Shown here in pieces: positions 38,822-49,677 of a stretch of DNA of 64,000 nucleotides (within the stretch, counting starts at the first letter, position 1; the number at the start of each line of letters is the position of its first letter). The DNA is from an uncultured Nitrososphaerota archaeon (lineage in GTDB: Archaea > Thermoproteota > Nitrososphaeria > Conexivisphaerales > DTJL01). Below the pieces are notes generated by a model. It saw only the letters and a list, made by a program, of their open reading frames with translations, had not been told where the DNA came from and did no database searches. A program made the position numbers and the translations under genes. The DNA is taken from contig CAWJIE010000005.1 in assembly GCA_963842885.1 (NCBI GenBank), forward strand, positions 384,001 to 448,000, in the 5' to 3' direction.

Positions 38822-40210
38822 CTACTCTTCCATCTTGTGGTTCATGCTCTGGGCGGCCTTCTGACCCGTGCCCATGGCCTGAATGACGGTGGCCTCCCCG
38901 AGCACGACGTCGCCGGCCGCGTAGAGTCCCTTTATCGACGACTCGTAGGTGTCGTCCACCCTGATGAGGCCCTCTTCGCCGGCCGTAGCGAGGCCGGGGG
39001 TCGTCATCTGGATGAGCGGGTTCACCCTGTTCCCGATCGCTATCACCACTGTGTCCGCGTCCTTCATGAACTCCGAGCCTTCCACGGGCTTCGGCCTCCT
39101 TCTCCCTGACGCGTCAGGCTCGCCCAGCTCCATCGACTGAAGCTCAACTCCTTTCACGCTCCCCTTATCGTCGCCCAGGAACCTTGTCGGGGATGAAAGC
39201 ATCATGAACTGCGCTCCCTCCTCCTCTGCGTTGAAGACCTCCTCCTTCCTGGCCGGCATCTCGGCTCTGGTGCGCCTGTACATGATGTAGACTTCGTCAG
39301 CGCCCATTCGGAGGGCCGTCCTGGCGGAGTCCATGGATGTGTTCCCCGCCCCTATCACCACCACCTTCTGCCCGACCTTGACGGGCGTCCCGTACGTGGG
39401 AAAGGAATATGCCTTCAGCAGATTGATCCTGGTCAGGAACTCGTTGGAGCTGTAGATGTAGTTGAGGCTCTCGCCGGGCAGACCCATGAACTTCGGCGAG
39501 CCCGCTCCCGTTCCCACAAAGACCGAATCGAAGCCGTCGTCGAAGAGGTCCTTGACCTTGACCGTCCTGCCCACTATTACGCCGTGTTCGAACTCTACGC
39601 CCTGCCTCTTGAGGGCGTCCACCTCCTGCTCGACTATCTTTTTCGGGAGGCGGAACTCCGGTATGCCGTAGAGGACGACGCCTCCAGGCTTGTGCAGGGC
39701 TTCGAATACCTTGACTTCGTGTCCCTTAGCGATCATCTCCGCGGCCACCGTCAGGCCTGCGGGGCCGCTGCCCACCACCGCCACCTTCTTCCTGCCCTCT
39801 TCGCCGGGCCTTACCTCCTTGGACAGCCCGTTCTTGAGGGCGTAGTCGGCTATGTATCTCTCGACGGCGCCGATGGCGACCGGCTGACCGATGCGGGCGA
39901 GCGTGCACTCCTCCTCGCAGAGGCTCTCCTGGGGGCACACCCTCCCCGAAATCGCAGGGATTCTGTTCTTCTCCCTGACAAGGTCGTAGGCCTTGCCCAT
40001 GTCCTTCTCCTTCATGGCCTTCATGAAAAGCGGTATCTGGGCTCCGACGGGGCAGGCGCTTATGCAGGGCTGCTTAGGGCACTGCAGGCACCTACTGGCT
40101 TCGTAGGCGGCCTCTTCGTCGGTGAGCCCGAGGGCTACTTCGTTGAAGTCCCTGACCCTGTCCTCCGCCGCCCTCTTGGCCATCTGGGCCCGGGGTTGGA
40201 CTTTGCCCAT
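38822..40210 (-). CDS. nfnB: NfnB/SudA large subunit (GltD-like) of electron-bifurcating transhydrogenase
   Basis: EASRCLQC..PC...CP, GRVCPQE..CE..C, GSGPAG, YGIPEFRLPK, GAGNT.MD, YRR. Confidence 0.88.
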   Translation of the reverse strand: MGKVQPRAQMAKRAAEDRVRDFNEVALGLTDEEAAYEASRCLQCPKQPCISACPVGAQIPLFMKAMKEKDMGKAYDLVREKNRIPAISGRVCPQESLCEEECTLARIGQPVAIGAVERYIADYALKNGLSKEVRPGEEGRKKVAVVGSGPAGLTVAAEMIAKGHEVKVFEALHKPGGVVLYGIPEFRLPKKIVEQEVDALKRQGVEFEHGVIVGRTVKVKDLFDDGFDSVFVGTGAGSPKFMGLPGESLNYIYSSNEFLTRINLLKAYSFPTYGTPVKVGQKVVVIGAGNTSMDSARTALRMGADEVYIMYRRTRAEMPARKEEVFNAEEEGAQFMMLSSPTRFLGDDKGSVKGVELQSMELGEPDASGRRRPKPVEGSEFMKDADTVVIAIGNRVNPLIQMTTPGLATAGEEGLIRVDDTYESSIKGLYAAGDVVLGEATVIQAMGTGQKAAQSMNHKMEE

Positions 40211-41062
40211 CTAGCTCGCCATCCTCTGCTGGAGTAGCTGCATTGCCAGCCCCTCCTCCGTTCTGTACTGCGAAAGCCTCGCCAGCAGCTCCCTGAAGTC
40301 GACCTGGTTGGCGTCGAAGTCCGGCCCGTCGACGCAGGCGAACTTGACTTCGCCGCCCACCCTGACCCTGCAGCCGCCGCACATCCCCATCCCGCATAGC
40401 ATTATGGGGTTGAGGCTGGCCACCGTCTTGACGCCGAAGGGCTGGGTCGTGTCGGCGACGACCTTCATCATTATTGTGGGGCCGACTGTGAAAACCCTGT
40501 CCACCTTCGTTCCTGACTGGAGTATCTCCCTCAAGACGTCGCTGACGAAACCCTTCCTCCCTTCGCTGCCGTCGTCGGTGGCTATCCTAAAGTCGTCGGA
40601 TACGGACTTGACCTCGTCCTTGAAGATCAGCTTCTCGGAAGACCTGGCGCCTATAATGGAGGTGACATGATTGCCGGCCTCCTTCATGGCCCTAGCCACC
40701 GGGTACGCCGTGGCGATCCCGACCCCACCGCCGACGATGACGACGTTCCCGGAGTTCTCGACTTCGGTGGGATTACCCAGCGGTCCCGCCAGATGATAGA
40801 GCTCCTCTCCTTCTGCGAGGAGGCCGAGCTTCCTGGTCGATGCTCCCACCTCGAGGAATACTATCGTGACGGTACCGCGCGACGTGTCCCAGTTCGCGGC
40901 CGTCAGGGGCACCCTCTCGCCTGTTTCCTCGCTCATCACCATCATGAACTGACCGGGCTTGACCCTTGAAGCAAGGATCGGGTTCTCCACCTCAATCAGG
41001 CGCGTCGAAGCCGCCAGGTCGCGCTTGAGGACGATTCTATTCAACGAGGAGGCACCACTCAA
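40211..41062 (-). CDS. nfnA: NfnA/SudB small subunit (PyrK-like FAD/NAD, 2Fe-2S)
   Basis: PGQF, GER.PLT, GPLG.P, GGGVG, TDDGS.G, CGMGMCGGCR...CVDGP.F. Confidence 0.88.
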   Translation of the reverse strand: MSGASSLNRIVLKRDLAASTRLIEVENPILASRVKPGQFMMVMSEETGERVPLTAANWDTSRGTVTIVFLEVGASTRKLGLLAEGEELYHLAGPLGNPTEVENSGNVVIVGGGVGIATAYPVARAMKEAGNHVTSIIGARSSEKLIFKDEVKSVSDDFRIATDDGSEGRKGFVSDVLREILQSGTKVDRVFTVGPTIMMKVVADTTQPFGVKTVASLNPIMLCGMGMCGGCRVRVGGEVKFACVDGPDFDANQVDFRELLARLSQYRTEEGLAMQLLQQRMAS

Positions 41063-41334
41063 GCTTATGAGAAATCGAGCTAAAAAGGATGACGAATGTC
41101 GAAATTATTGACCTGTTGTTGGCATCTCGCAAGTTAGAGGCATAACGTGTTGCCAAAGCTCTCATAGCACGCCCGATATCAGCTGATGAGGTAATTATTT
41201 CGCATTTGTTTAATATAGTTTATGTATTTAGCGATTATGACAAAAGGGGCGGAAGGCCCCCAAGGCCCTCCTTCGCGCTGTCTTCATTGCAACAGCAACG
41301 CTAATAGCGCATTGCTCGCTACGGCAGCACGCAT

Positions 41335-42021
41335 ATGGTAATAGCCTGCAAGCTCTTCCGCCTGGGAATGCCCCTCACCCTTGACGGAGCCTATCAGAAG
41401 CTCGAAGGCTTCAGAGTCGAACGGGAAGACGAGGAGACGAAGCTCCAGCTCGTCACCGAGGTCCGCGACCTGAGGTACGAAGGAGGCGTCCTGAGGGGGA
41501 GGATCCTCAAGGATATGGTGATACGAATCAACCAGAGAGACGAATGGAGGCCCGCGCTGCGCACGATGGTGGCCCCGTTCCATTTCAAGGAGGTGGGCGG
41601 AGTCGTCCATCTCTTGATCTTCGAGAAGAAGCCGCGGGCCAACGAGCTGGCCAACGATTTCAGCCGCATACTCTTCCTCAGGCCGGCAGCGGTTGTCGAG
41701 GACAGGATCACCCCCGAGGTCATGGAGAAGTACTTTGAATCCAGCTTCGAGGACGCCCGCGTCGTCTACTTCGATCAGGTGGACATACCCAACATAACCA
41801 AGTTAGCTCTCTACGGCTCTGGACTCTCCGACACGAACACTTACCGGGACTATCTCACTCACGGTCGGCTGTGGTATGTGGTTGTGGCTTCGAAGAGCAG
41901 GAGGTTCATCGTGGGCCTGACAAGGAGTTGCGTGGTCACCGTTTTCACCCAGGTGGACTCCAGCGAGGTGGTCTCCTTCGTGTTCGACGAGGTGGCCCCT
42001 CTGGTCTCGGAATCCAGGTAG
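41335..42021 (+). CDS. Hypothetical protein
   Basis: 228-aa ORF with host-like codon usage, apparently co-transcribed with the next gene. Confidence 0.65.
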   Translation: MVIACKLFRLGMPLTLDGAYQKLEGFRVEREDEETKLQLVTEVRDLRYEGGVLRGRILKDMVIRINQRDEWRPALRTMVAPFHFKEVGGVVHLLIFEKKPRANELANDFSRILFLRPAAVVEDRITPEVMEKYFESSFEDARVVYFDQVDIPNITKLALYGSGLSDTNTYRDYLTHGRLWYVVVASKSRRFIVGLTRSCVVTVFTQVDSSEVVSFVFDEVAPLVSESR

Positions 42022-42033
42022 GGGTTCGGGGCC

Positions 42034-42780
42034 TTGCCTCTGAGGCTCGTCCCGAACGAGCCAGCGCTTCTGATCGAGGACGACGGAGGCCTGCTCGTCA
42101 TCTCTGATCTGCATCTGGGCTACGAGCGGTCCTTGGAAGCCAGAGGGGTCCACATCCCCGAGCAGACCCGGCTCCTTGCCGAGAGGGTCAAGGCGATAGG
42201 TCGTGAATTCGGGGCGAGGAGGCTCGTAATCCTCGGAGACGTCAAACACGACATCAAGGGCTCCTCCTTCTTCACTTCCCTGGCCGTCACCAGCTTCTTC
42301 AGAGAGATGGAGGAGTTCAAGGAGCTCTACGTAGTTCCGGGCAACCACGACGGAGGTCTGGCCCCTCTCCTTCCGCCCAGGGTCAGGGTCGCCGGGGCGG
42401 GAGGCCTGGCGCTGGAGCTGGCTGAGGGGAGGGCTGGGTTCTTCCACGGGCACGCATATCCTTCGGCCGCAGTCTCTCGAGCCCGCGTGCTAGTCTGCGG
42501 CCACCAGCATCTGATACTCGCGAGGCAGGGGACGCACCAGGGGATCTGGGTGCGGCTGGCCTTCGGGCCCCCATCTCGCGAGCGCACGCTCATCGTGATG
42601 CCAGCCTTCAACACCCTGCTGTCAGGAGTCCCAGCCGCCGATTTCTCCCCCGAGAGGTGGAGGCCCGTCCTGAGTACCTTCCTTGAGGGCCGGCACAGGG
42701 CTGAGGTCTTCCTCCTGGACGGTTCGAAGCTCGGGAGCCTGGATGGCTTGGCTGGAAGGCTCGAGGTGGAAGCGGACTGA
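42034..42780 (+). CDS. Archaeal ICC-like metallophosphoesterase
   Basis: SDLHLG.E, GDVKH, GNHDG, HGH, GHQH, MPAFN. Confidence 0.88.
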   Translation: MPLRLVPNEPALLIEDDGGLLVISDLHLGYERSLEARGVHIPEQTRLLAERVKAIGREFGARRLVILGDVKHDIKGSSFFTSLAVTSFFREMEEFKELYVVPGNHDGGLAPLLPPRVRVAGAGGLALELAEGRAGFFHGHAYPSAAVSRARVLVCGHQHLILARQGTHQGIWVRLAFGPPSRERTLIVMPAFNTLLSGVPAADFSPERWRPVLSTFLEGRHRAEVFLLDGSKLGSLDGLAGRLEVEAD

Positions 42781-42858
42781 TCCTCCCGCGCGGTTCTTAC
42801 ATGGCGCAGAACGGATATTAGATGAGTGCTGGAAGGTCTGGGAGAAGACAACATCCTC

Positions 42859-45206
42859 ATGAAGCATTTGTCCCACTTCCCAGGTGGCAAAGTCGGGCGT
42901 TCCGCCAAGATCGCGAGCTGCGTCGTGCTAGTCCTGTTCCTACTCTTCGGTTCGCTGCAGCTCGGATCAGCGCGTCTGTCCCCGGCCGATCAGACCTACG
43001 TGATCGTGATGAGGGGAAGTGCCGGGCTCGCCACTCTCCAGCGTTCCATGGACCTCTTCAGTGGCCTCGCCGAGTCAGGGATTCAGGTCGATGTCCTGCG
43101 CTACTTCAACAGCCTCGGGGTCGGGGGCGTGTTCAACTCCTCTAGCGAGGTGGCCTCGAAGATCGGGAGCCTCCTCCGGCCGATGGTGCTGCTCCAGTCG
43201 GGTCCGGTCAGCCTGGGCACCGACGCGATTCTCTCCGGCGAAGCCGTGGACGGCTTTGATTATTCAATCGACAGCAACGTCACGGGGGCGGGCGTCAAGG
43301 TCGCCGTGATTGACACAGGAGTGGACTACACTCATCCAGCGCTGGGCGGAAGCATGGGAGTGAAGGTCGTGGGTGGATACAACTTCGTCAACAATAGCTA
43401 CGATTTGATGGACGAAGACGGCCACGGCACGGCCGTCAGCGGAATTATCGCCGGAAACTCCTCCACGTTCAAGGGGGTGGCACCCGGCGCGCAGCTTCTC
43501 GTATACAAGGTCTTTTCGAACGGGACGACCTCCACCCAGCTCATAGTGGAAGCGCTCGACCAGGCTGCGAAGGACGGCGCCAAGGTGGTCAACCTGAGCC
43601 TGGGAGGGGGTTTCACTTCAGCCTCCCTCAACTCGCTGGGTGAGCTTCTCTACTCTCAGGGCATCGAGCTGGTGGCGGCCATCGGCAACGACGGGCCAGA
43701 CTCGGCCAGCACCGAAGCCCCCGGGGACCTCCAGTACTATCTCGGCGTGGGCGCTTCGGTGAGCCTCGCCACGACGGACCCCCAGGCCGAGGCCATGATC
43801 GGCGGCAGCGTCCTTGAAACCGCTATCCCCATGAACGACACGCCCCTCTCAGCCGGTGTGCTCAGCGGGCCGACGACTTTCATTGGCAACGCGAAGCCCA
43901 GCCAGGTGGCGGGGCTGAACCTGACTGGCCGGATAGCCGTCGCCTTAAGGGATCACATTACTCTTTTCTCGACGATGGAGCAGGACGCCGCCAGCGCGGG
44001 CGCCATGGCGCTGATCGTCGTCAACGACTCCCCTCTCAGCTTCACTGAGAATGGGACGACGGGTGGGCCGGCCCTTGCCTCCAACAGCTCGTCGTACAGC
44101 CCTAGGATTCCCGTCGTGGCCATATCCGGTGCCGAGGGAAGCGCCATAGCCAAGTCCTCTGGCGACGGCACAAACGTCTCCCTGGCGGTCTTCAAGCCCT
44201 CCAGCACGCTCTATCCCGCTGAGTTCTCCTCCATCGGTCCGGCCGACGATTTCACCATCAAGCCCGAGGTCCTCGCCCCGGGCGACTCCGTCGTGGTTCC
44301 CCTCTTTGGTTCGTCCGGATACGTGGAGGGGTCCGGAAGCAGCTTCTCAACCCCGCAGGTGGCGGGGACGCTCGCCCTCCTGGCCCAGATCCACCCTAAC
44401 ATCACCGCGGAGGAGGCCTTCTCCATGGTCACCCTGAGTGCCACCGTGGGCCAGGGCTATTTCGGCACCTTCCCCCTCGAGGTCCAGGGGGCTGGCATCC
44501 TAAACGTCAGCAGGACGGTGAGCCTGCCGTTCTTCCTGGACCTCCATTACCTCATGTTGTTCCCGTCCACTGGGCATGCCTACTCCCAGGATCGTGGAAG
44601 TGACTGCCTTCCAGGGGGGCTCTTCGCTGTCCTTGTCCTACACGGGAAGCTATCCGCTGAACTTCTCCTTCACCCCCTCCGGAAACGGCTCCTCGACTTT
44701 CACGGTGACGGCGCCTCCCTCCTCCTCTCTCGACCAGAGCGAAGACCACGTGATGCTGAGCTGGGGGGGCTCCATCTACAACCTGCCCGTGCGCCTGGTC
44801 CCCGGCTCCTTCTGGCTGGGCTACGACGCCGCTTCAGGGGAGCTCTATTCGTCGTATCAGGGCTCGAGCGATGCCGTCCTGACCATAGTGAGGCCCGACG
44901 GCTCGATCCTGCAGGGGACCCTGTCTTCGACGCATAACTTCTCGCTGCTGCCCGACCTCACGGGCTTCTACAGGGTAACGCTGTCGCTATCGGGCTCAGG
45001 CGGCCTCCAGGTCGGTCATCTGATAGTCCTGTCCGGCGCGAGCTCACAGCCAGGCGGGGCCTTCGGGGCTGGAGGAGTTCCCGGACTTCGTCCCTCTGGG
45101 GGTAATCATCTTCTTCGGGCTGGTGGTCTTCGTCGCCCTCGCGGTCTACGCCCTTGAGGCGCGAGTCGTCAGAACTGCAGCGCCACCGTTGGCTCGTGGG
45201 CCTTGA
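42859..45206 (+). CDS. Secreted S8 subtilase with PA domain and probable C-terminal TM anchor; frameshifts near 44585 and 45060
   Basis: VAVIDTGVD, GHGT, NLSLG, GNDG, KPEVLAPG, SGSSFSTPQVAG; signal-like N-terminus. Confidence 0.85.
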
Positions 45207-46393
45207 CGGAGCGCAACCTTCGCGCCAGGTTGGCCCTCAGCTCCTCTATAGTGGAGAACCTCTTCACCACCCTGCCCTCCCTGATCATGGGAGAAAGCAG
45301 CGAGACCTCCCCCTTCGGCACTCGACTCTCGCTCCTGACCAGGGTGTCCTTCATCGTCGAGGGGTCCCTGTGGACGTCCTTGGCCCCCGAGAGGTCGCCC
45401 CTCTTGGCCCTTGGGACGAGCTTCCCGTCCTTGTCCTCGATCTCCACCAGCTTCATGTTGAAGTCGATCGTGGGCGCGCAGGCGACGCTGGTCCCGACCC
45501 CGAAGCCGTCCACGACGTCACGCAGCTCTCTGACCTCCTTTTCATCGATGCCTCCGGACACGAATATCTTGACCTTCTTCGCGCCGCGGACGTTCAGCTC
45601 CCACCTCACCTCTTCGATGATCTTCCGCCATTCGCCACGTCGCGTCGACGGCGTGTCCAGCCTCACGGCGGCCAGCCTGTTCGCCGAGCGTCTCCCAAGC
45701 GAGGATGGCCTCCGTCTTCTCGTCGAAGAGCGTGTCGGCGAGGGCGATGCGCGGGATGCCCTTAGGGAGGGCCTCGTCGAAAGCCCTCCAGGCGTCGGCC
45801 TGAGAATCGAAGCAGAGGATGAACGAGTGGGGCATGGTTCCCGACGCGGCTATCCCCAGCAGCTCGGCGCCGATGGTGTTGGAGACGCCGTCGAAGCCCG
45901 CCATGTAGGCCGCCCTTTCGATGAGGGGCGCCAGAGCCGGGTGGGCCCGCCTCGTCCCGAAGCTCAGGAGGCTCTTGTCGCCCGCCAGCAGCTTGATCCG
46001 GGCCGCCTTCGTCGAGAACCCGCTGCTGCTGCAGAGGAAGCCGAGGATGGGCGTCTCGAACCTAGCGAAGTACCTGTACCTCCCCCTGATCCTCAGTACG
46101 GGCTCGTAGGCGGCTGTGTCCCTGGATGTCACGAAGACCTCGCCTTCCTCCATGGCGTCCACGTCCACGGGGAGGCCTTCAAGGAGCTTGGCCACTTCGT
46201 ATATGCCCGTGACGACGCCCCATTCGCTGTCGTAGGGCACGTGCCGCGTGTAGACCTCCATGGTGACCATGGGGTTCATCTCCCTCATCTTGAGGGCCTG
46301 CTCAGTGTTGAGGAAGTAGAAGTCGGTGACCGCGCCGCCCTTGATCTCCTCGTCCTTCGCCACCCAGAAGATCCTGTCAGAAAGGTCGTTCAA
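45169..46393 (-). CDS. pncB: Nicotinate phosphoribosyltransferase, frameshift near 45680
   Basis: TDFYF, SFGTRR.HP, GTMPH, DT..DE, RLDTP, VSGG, FGVGT. Confidence 0.9.
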
Positions 46394-46513
46394 GGAGTAT
46401 CTCCAACCTGCCCCTTTATGCGAAGAGACGTTCCCTTCGGCGCATCTTTAAGTCTTCTCTCGACGTCTGCGGCGTGCAAACCTTTATGAAAACCGCCATT
46501 CGACGATTCGTCC

Positions 46514-47292
46514 ATGCTGCGGTCCCCCGTGCGTGACCTCGACCTCCTCGCGAAGTATGAAGAGGTCAAGGTGTTCATCCGAGGCGAGCTGAGAAGGTCC
46601 GGCGCGGAGGGCCTCGTCATAGGGCTGAGCGGTGGGCTGGACTCTTCCATGGCGCTGAAGGCGTGCGTCGACTCCGTCGGGGCAGGCCCGGTCCTGGGCC
46701 TCCTTCTCCCCGAGTCGGGCCTGACTCCCGAGGCGGACATGGCCGACGCGACTTCGCTGGCCTCGGCACTAGGGGTGGCAACCAAGAAGGTCGGCATCGG
46801 GCCCATCGTGGAGGCTTTCTCCAGGTTTCTACCCGAGCAGAGGCTGGCGAAGGGAAACCTCAAAGCCCGTGTCAGGATGTCCCTACTTTACTACTTTGCC
46901 AACCTGCAGTCGAAGCTCGTCGTCGGGACGGGCGACAGGAGCGAGATACTCCTTGGCTACTACACGAAGTAGGGGGACGGTGGCGCCGACCTCCTCCCTC
47001 TGGGTGGCCTCTACAAGACGGAGCTCAGGGTCCTGGGGCGCCGCCTGGGCCTGCCCGCCTCTATCGTCGAGAAGCCCAGCAGCCCAAGGCTCTGGGCGGG
47101 CCAGACGGCGGAGGGGGAGCTGGGCCTTTCTTATGAGAAGGCCGACAGGATCCTCGTACTTCTGACTGGAGGAGGGCCTTTCGCCGGCGGACGCCAAGGC
47201 GAGGCTTTCTGCTGGCCGTGAGGTGGATGCGGTCGCGGAGAAGGATCGCCAACACTTCGCACAAGAGGGAAATGCCACACATCTGCCGATAG
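46514..47292 (+). CDS. nadE: NH3-dependent NAD+ synthetase; in-frame TAG at 46970 and an indel near 47165
   Basis: GLSGGLDS, GN.KAR.RM, GT.DRSE..LGY.TK*GDG, LYKT, KPSSP.L..GQT.E.ELG, HKR. Confidence 0.9.
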
Positions 47293-47388
47293 GGTTAGTA
47301 AATTGGTAAAACCGCTTCGGAAAGGTTAAAATAATGCTGTAGGTAACCTACTATGACGGGCCGAGGTTAGGGAGGCCCACAATCACAC

Positions 47389-48512
47389 ATGCCACTTCCA
47401 GAGGACGACCCAGCAGCAAAGATAGTCAGAGCCATAATTCAGGTCGGGCCGGGCAACTATTCTCTCATCTCAAGACTGACAGGTATACCGCCCGAGACCG
47501 TCCGATACAAGATCAAGAACCAATTATATCGCAGGGGGGTGGCGATTCACGCCCTCGTCGACGCGGAGAAATTCGACCTCCAGAGGTACATCGTCATGAT
47601 TAGCTTCTCCGACAGCTACCAGGCGATTGCGAAGTACATACTCCAGTCGCTTCACGAGTTGGCCTATCTGACGTATTACTCAGCGCAACTCATGTCGAAG
47701 GAGTACTATTGCGTCTTCCAGACGCCGAAACAATACAAGACGCAGATGATGGAGTTCCTCGACGAGATGGTGAACCTGAGCATCCTGACGGGCTACTCTC
47801 TGAAGCCCATCATCTGGGTGAACTACCTTTCGCTCAGGCCCGAGTTCTACGACTTCCAGGAGGGGCGCTGGGACATAGATTGGCAGGCCCTTTCCCTCTC
47901 CACCGAAGTCCCCAAGATAGTCACCGCGACGGACTACGGGAAGAACGAGTTCGACAGGATGGACATACTCCTCGTCAAGGAGCTGGCGATCAACTCTCTC
48001 AGTACGGTCGCCGAGATGTCCAAGAAGCTCAATATCAACGTGAAGACGCTTCAGTACCACTACAACAGCCACGTCCTCGAGCGGAAGATGATCACCAAGT
48101 ACATCGTCAGATGGATGGGTGACCTCGAGAGCATCAAGAAGCACAGAATCATATACGGAAGGGTCTTCGCCAAGGACTTGAGCCAGAGTCAGCTCCAGGA
48201 CATCACGGAAGGCCTTCTACACCATACCCTTCACCTGGTCGGAGGCCGCCGCCGGGAACAGGGACCTCTACCTCGTCGAGCTGGCCGTTCCCGTCGAGCA
48301 CTACCTTTACGTCCAGTACTTCCTTAACAACAGCCTCGGGTCGCTCGCGCGAGCGCCTCGACTTCAAGACCATCGACGTCGGCAACTCCCTCGCCTTCAC
48401 GATCCCGCACTCCCTTTACGATTCGGTGGCCGGAGCATGGTCCTTCCCGCTGGACGAGAACGTGAGGAAGCTCCAGAACCTCAGGGAAGCCCTCAAGCAG
48501 AACCCCGGCTAA
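47389..48512 (+). CDS. Tandem Lrp/AsnC-like HTH regulator, frameshifted near 48200-48350
   Basis: Two HTH motifs (ISRLTGIPPETVRYKI; MSKKLNINVKTLQYHY), each followed by an alpha/beta domain ending YD...G.W. Confidence 0.72.
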
Positions 48513-48564
48513 TCGAAGGCAGGAACGCCGTTTCTACACTAGTTGCGCAGCGACACGCCAAGCG

Positions 48565-49374
48565 TCAGAAATGAGGCCGGCGTACTGCACCACCGTGTAC
48601 AGTCACGGTGGCCGCGACGTAGAAGAGCAGTTGCAGGAGGAGGGACCTCTCGAGCCGCATCCCATATGTGCTGGAGACGTAGGTCGCCCCCAGCACCATG
48701 GAGAAGCCCTGGATGAGGACGGCCAGGATCAGGTAGAGCAACCCCAGGCCCCCGGCGCTCGTGGGGCCGAAGATGGAAGCAGCCAGGGGGAAGAGCAGGT
48801 AGGGAGCGTAGACCACCCCGGAAGCGAAGAGCCCGGGCGCGTTCGTACCCCTGCCTGAGATGAGGTAGGAGGAGGCAAGGCAGTAGAGGAGGTAGATTAG
48901 CATGCTGGTTGGGAAAAGCAAGACGTCCACCCAGTCGGGGAAGACGGAGACCCCGAAATGCATGAGGAGGAGGGCTTGGCCGCCGAAGTGGGAAAGGGCG
49001 CCTCCCACGGCAGCCACGGCCATCCAGACCACAACCGTCTTCATCATGGAGCCTTCCAGGAGGGCGAAGACCCACCCGGGGAAGATGCGGAGGGGACGGG
49101 AGGCCCTGGGATGCGGGAGGCCTTCCCTCTCGGCCAGAGACGAGTACAGCTTCATGCCTTCCTTGCTGAGTAGGTACCTCCTCGACCCGTCCTGAGTCAC
49201 TAGGCCCCTGAGGACGTCGAGGTGGTAGTAGAGGGTCCCCACGGGCAGCCCCGTCTCCGATCTCAGCTCCGAAAAGGCCATGGAGTCGTGGGTGCCCAGG
49301 AGCTCCACTATCCTCCGGCGGGAGGGGTGGTCGAGGGCCCTGTATTCGTCGCTCGGGAGCCGCTCGGAAGGCAC
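48565..49374 (-). CDS. ArsR-type wHTH fused to a multi-TM domain
   Basis: ALDHPSRRRI..LL...FSEL....G.LYYHL..L, Y.LS..G, then 5-6 TM helices; 3' end uncertain. Confidence 0.78.
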   Translation of the reverse strand: MPSERLPSDEYRALDHPSRRRIVELLGTHDSMAFSELRSETGLPVGTLYYHLDVLRGLVTQDGSRRYLLSKEGMKLYSSLAEREGLPHPRASRPLRIFPGWVFALLEGSMMKTVVVWMAVAAVGGALSHFGGQALLLMHFGVSVFPDWVDVLLFPTSMLIYLLYCLASSYLISGRGTNAPGLFASGVVYAPYLLFPLAASIFGPTSAGGLGLLYLILAVLIQGFSMVLGATYVSSTYGMRLERSLLLQLLFYVAATVTVHGGAVRRPHF

Positions 49375-49677
49375 GGAGACGGGTCGGCCGGTCGACGATA
49401 TAACTCGTTCTCCAGGGCTGGGATGGGCTCGCCGGCTCTCCGGGAGCGTCTCATCATGCCTGTTTGCTAAAACCCAAAGGCTTGTCGGACTGCCATCTGG
49501 GAGTCTGCTGGTTTTCTGAACCGTATATAATAAAGCCCAGCCAACGGCCAACTAACGCCCGATGCGCTTTGGGAAAATGCTAAGGTCGGGGGGAAAGAGA
49601 TATCTTAACAACTATGAAACTATATAGTAGCCAGCAAAAGGTTATAAGCTGCCCAATAGTATGGGGGTATTGGTAAT

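Noticed and set aside
41242-41261. GGGGC-GGAAG-GCCCC hairpin next to an A-tract
   Set aside because: Only a 5-bp stem, with no gene oriented to terminate there
45154-46489. Long antisense ORFs (e.g. 45203-46489, also 21551-22540 and 60227-61027)
   Set aside because: Shadow ORFs of well-supported genes, expected at high GC
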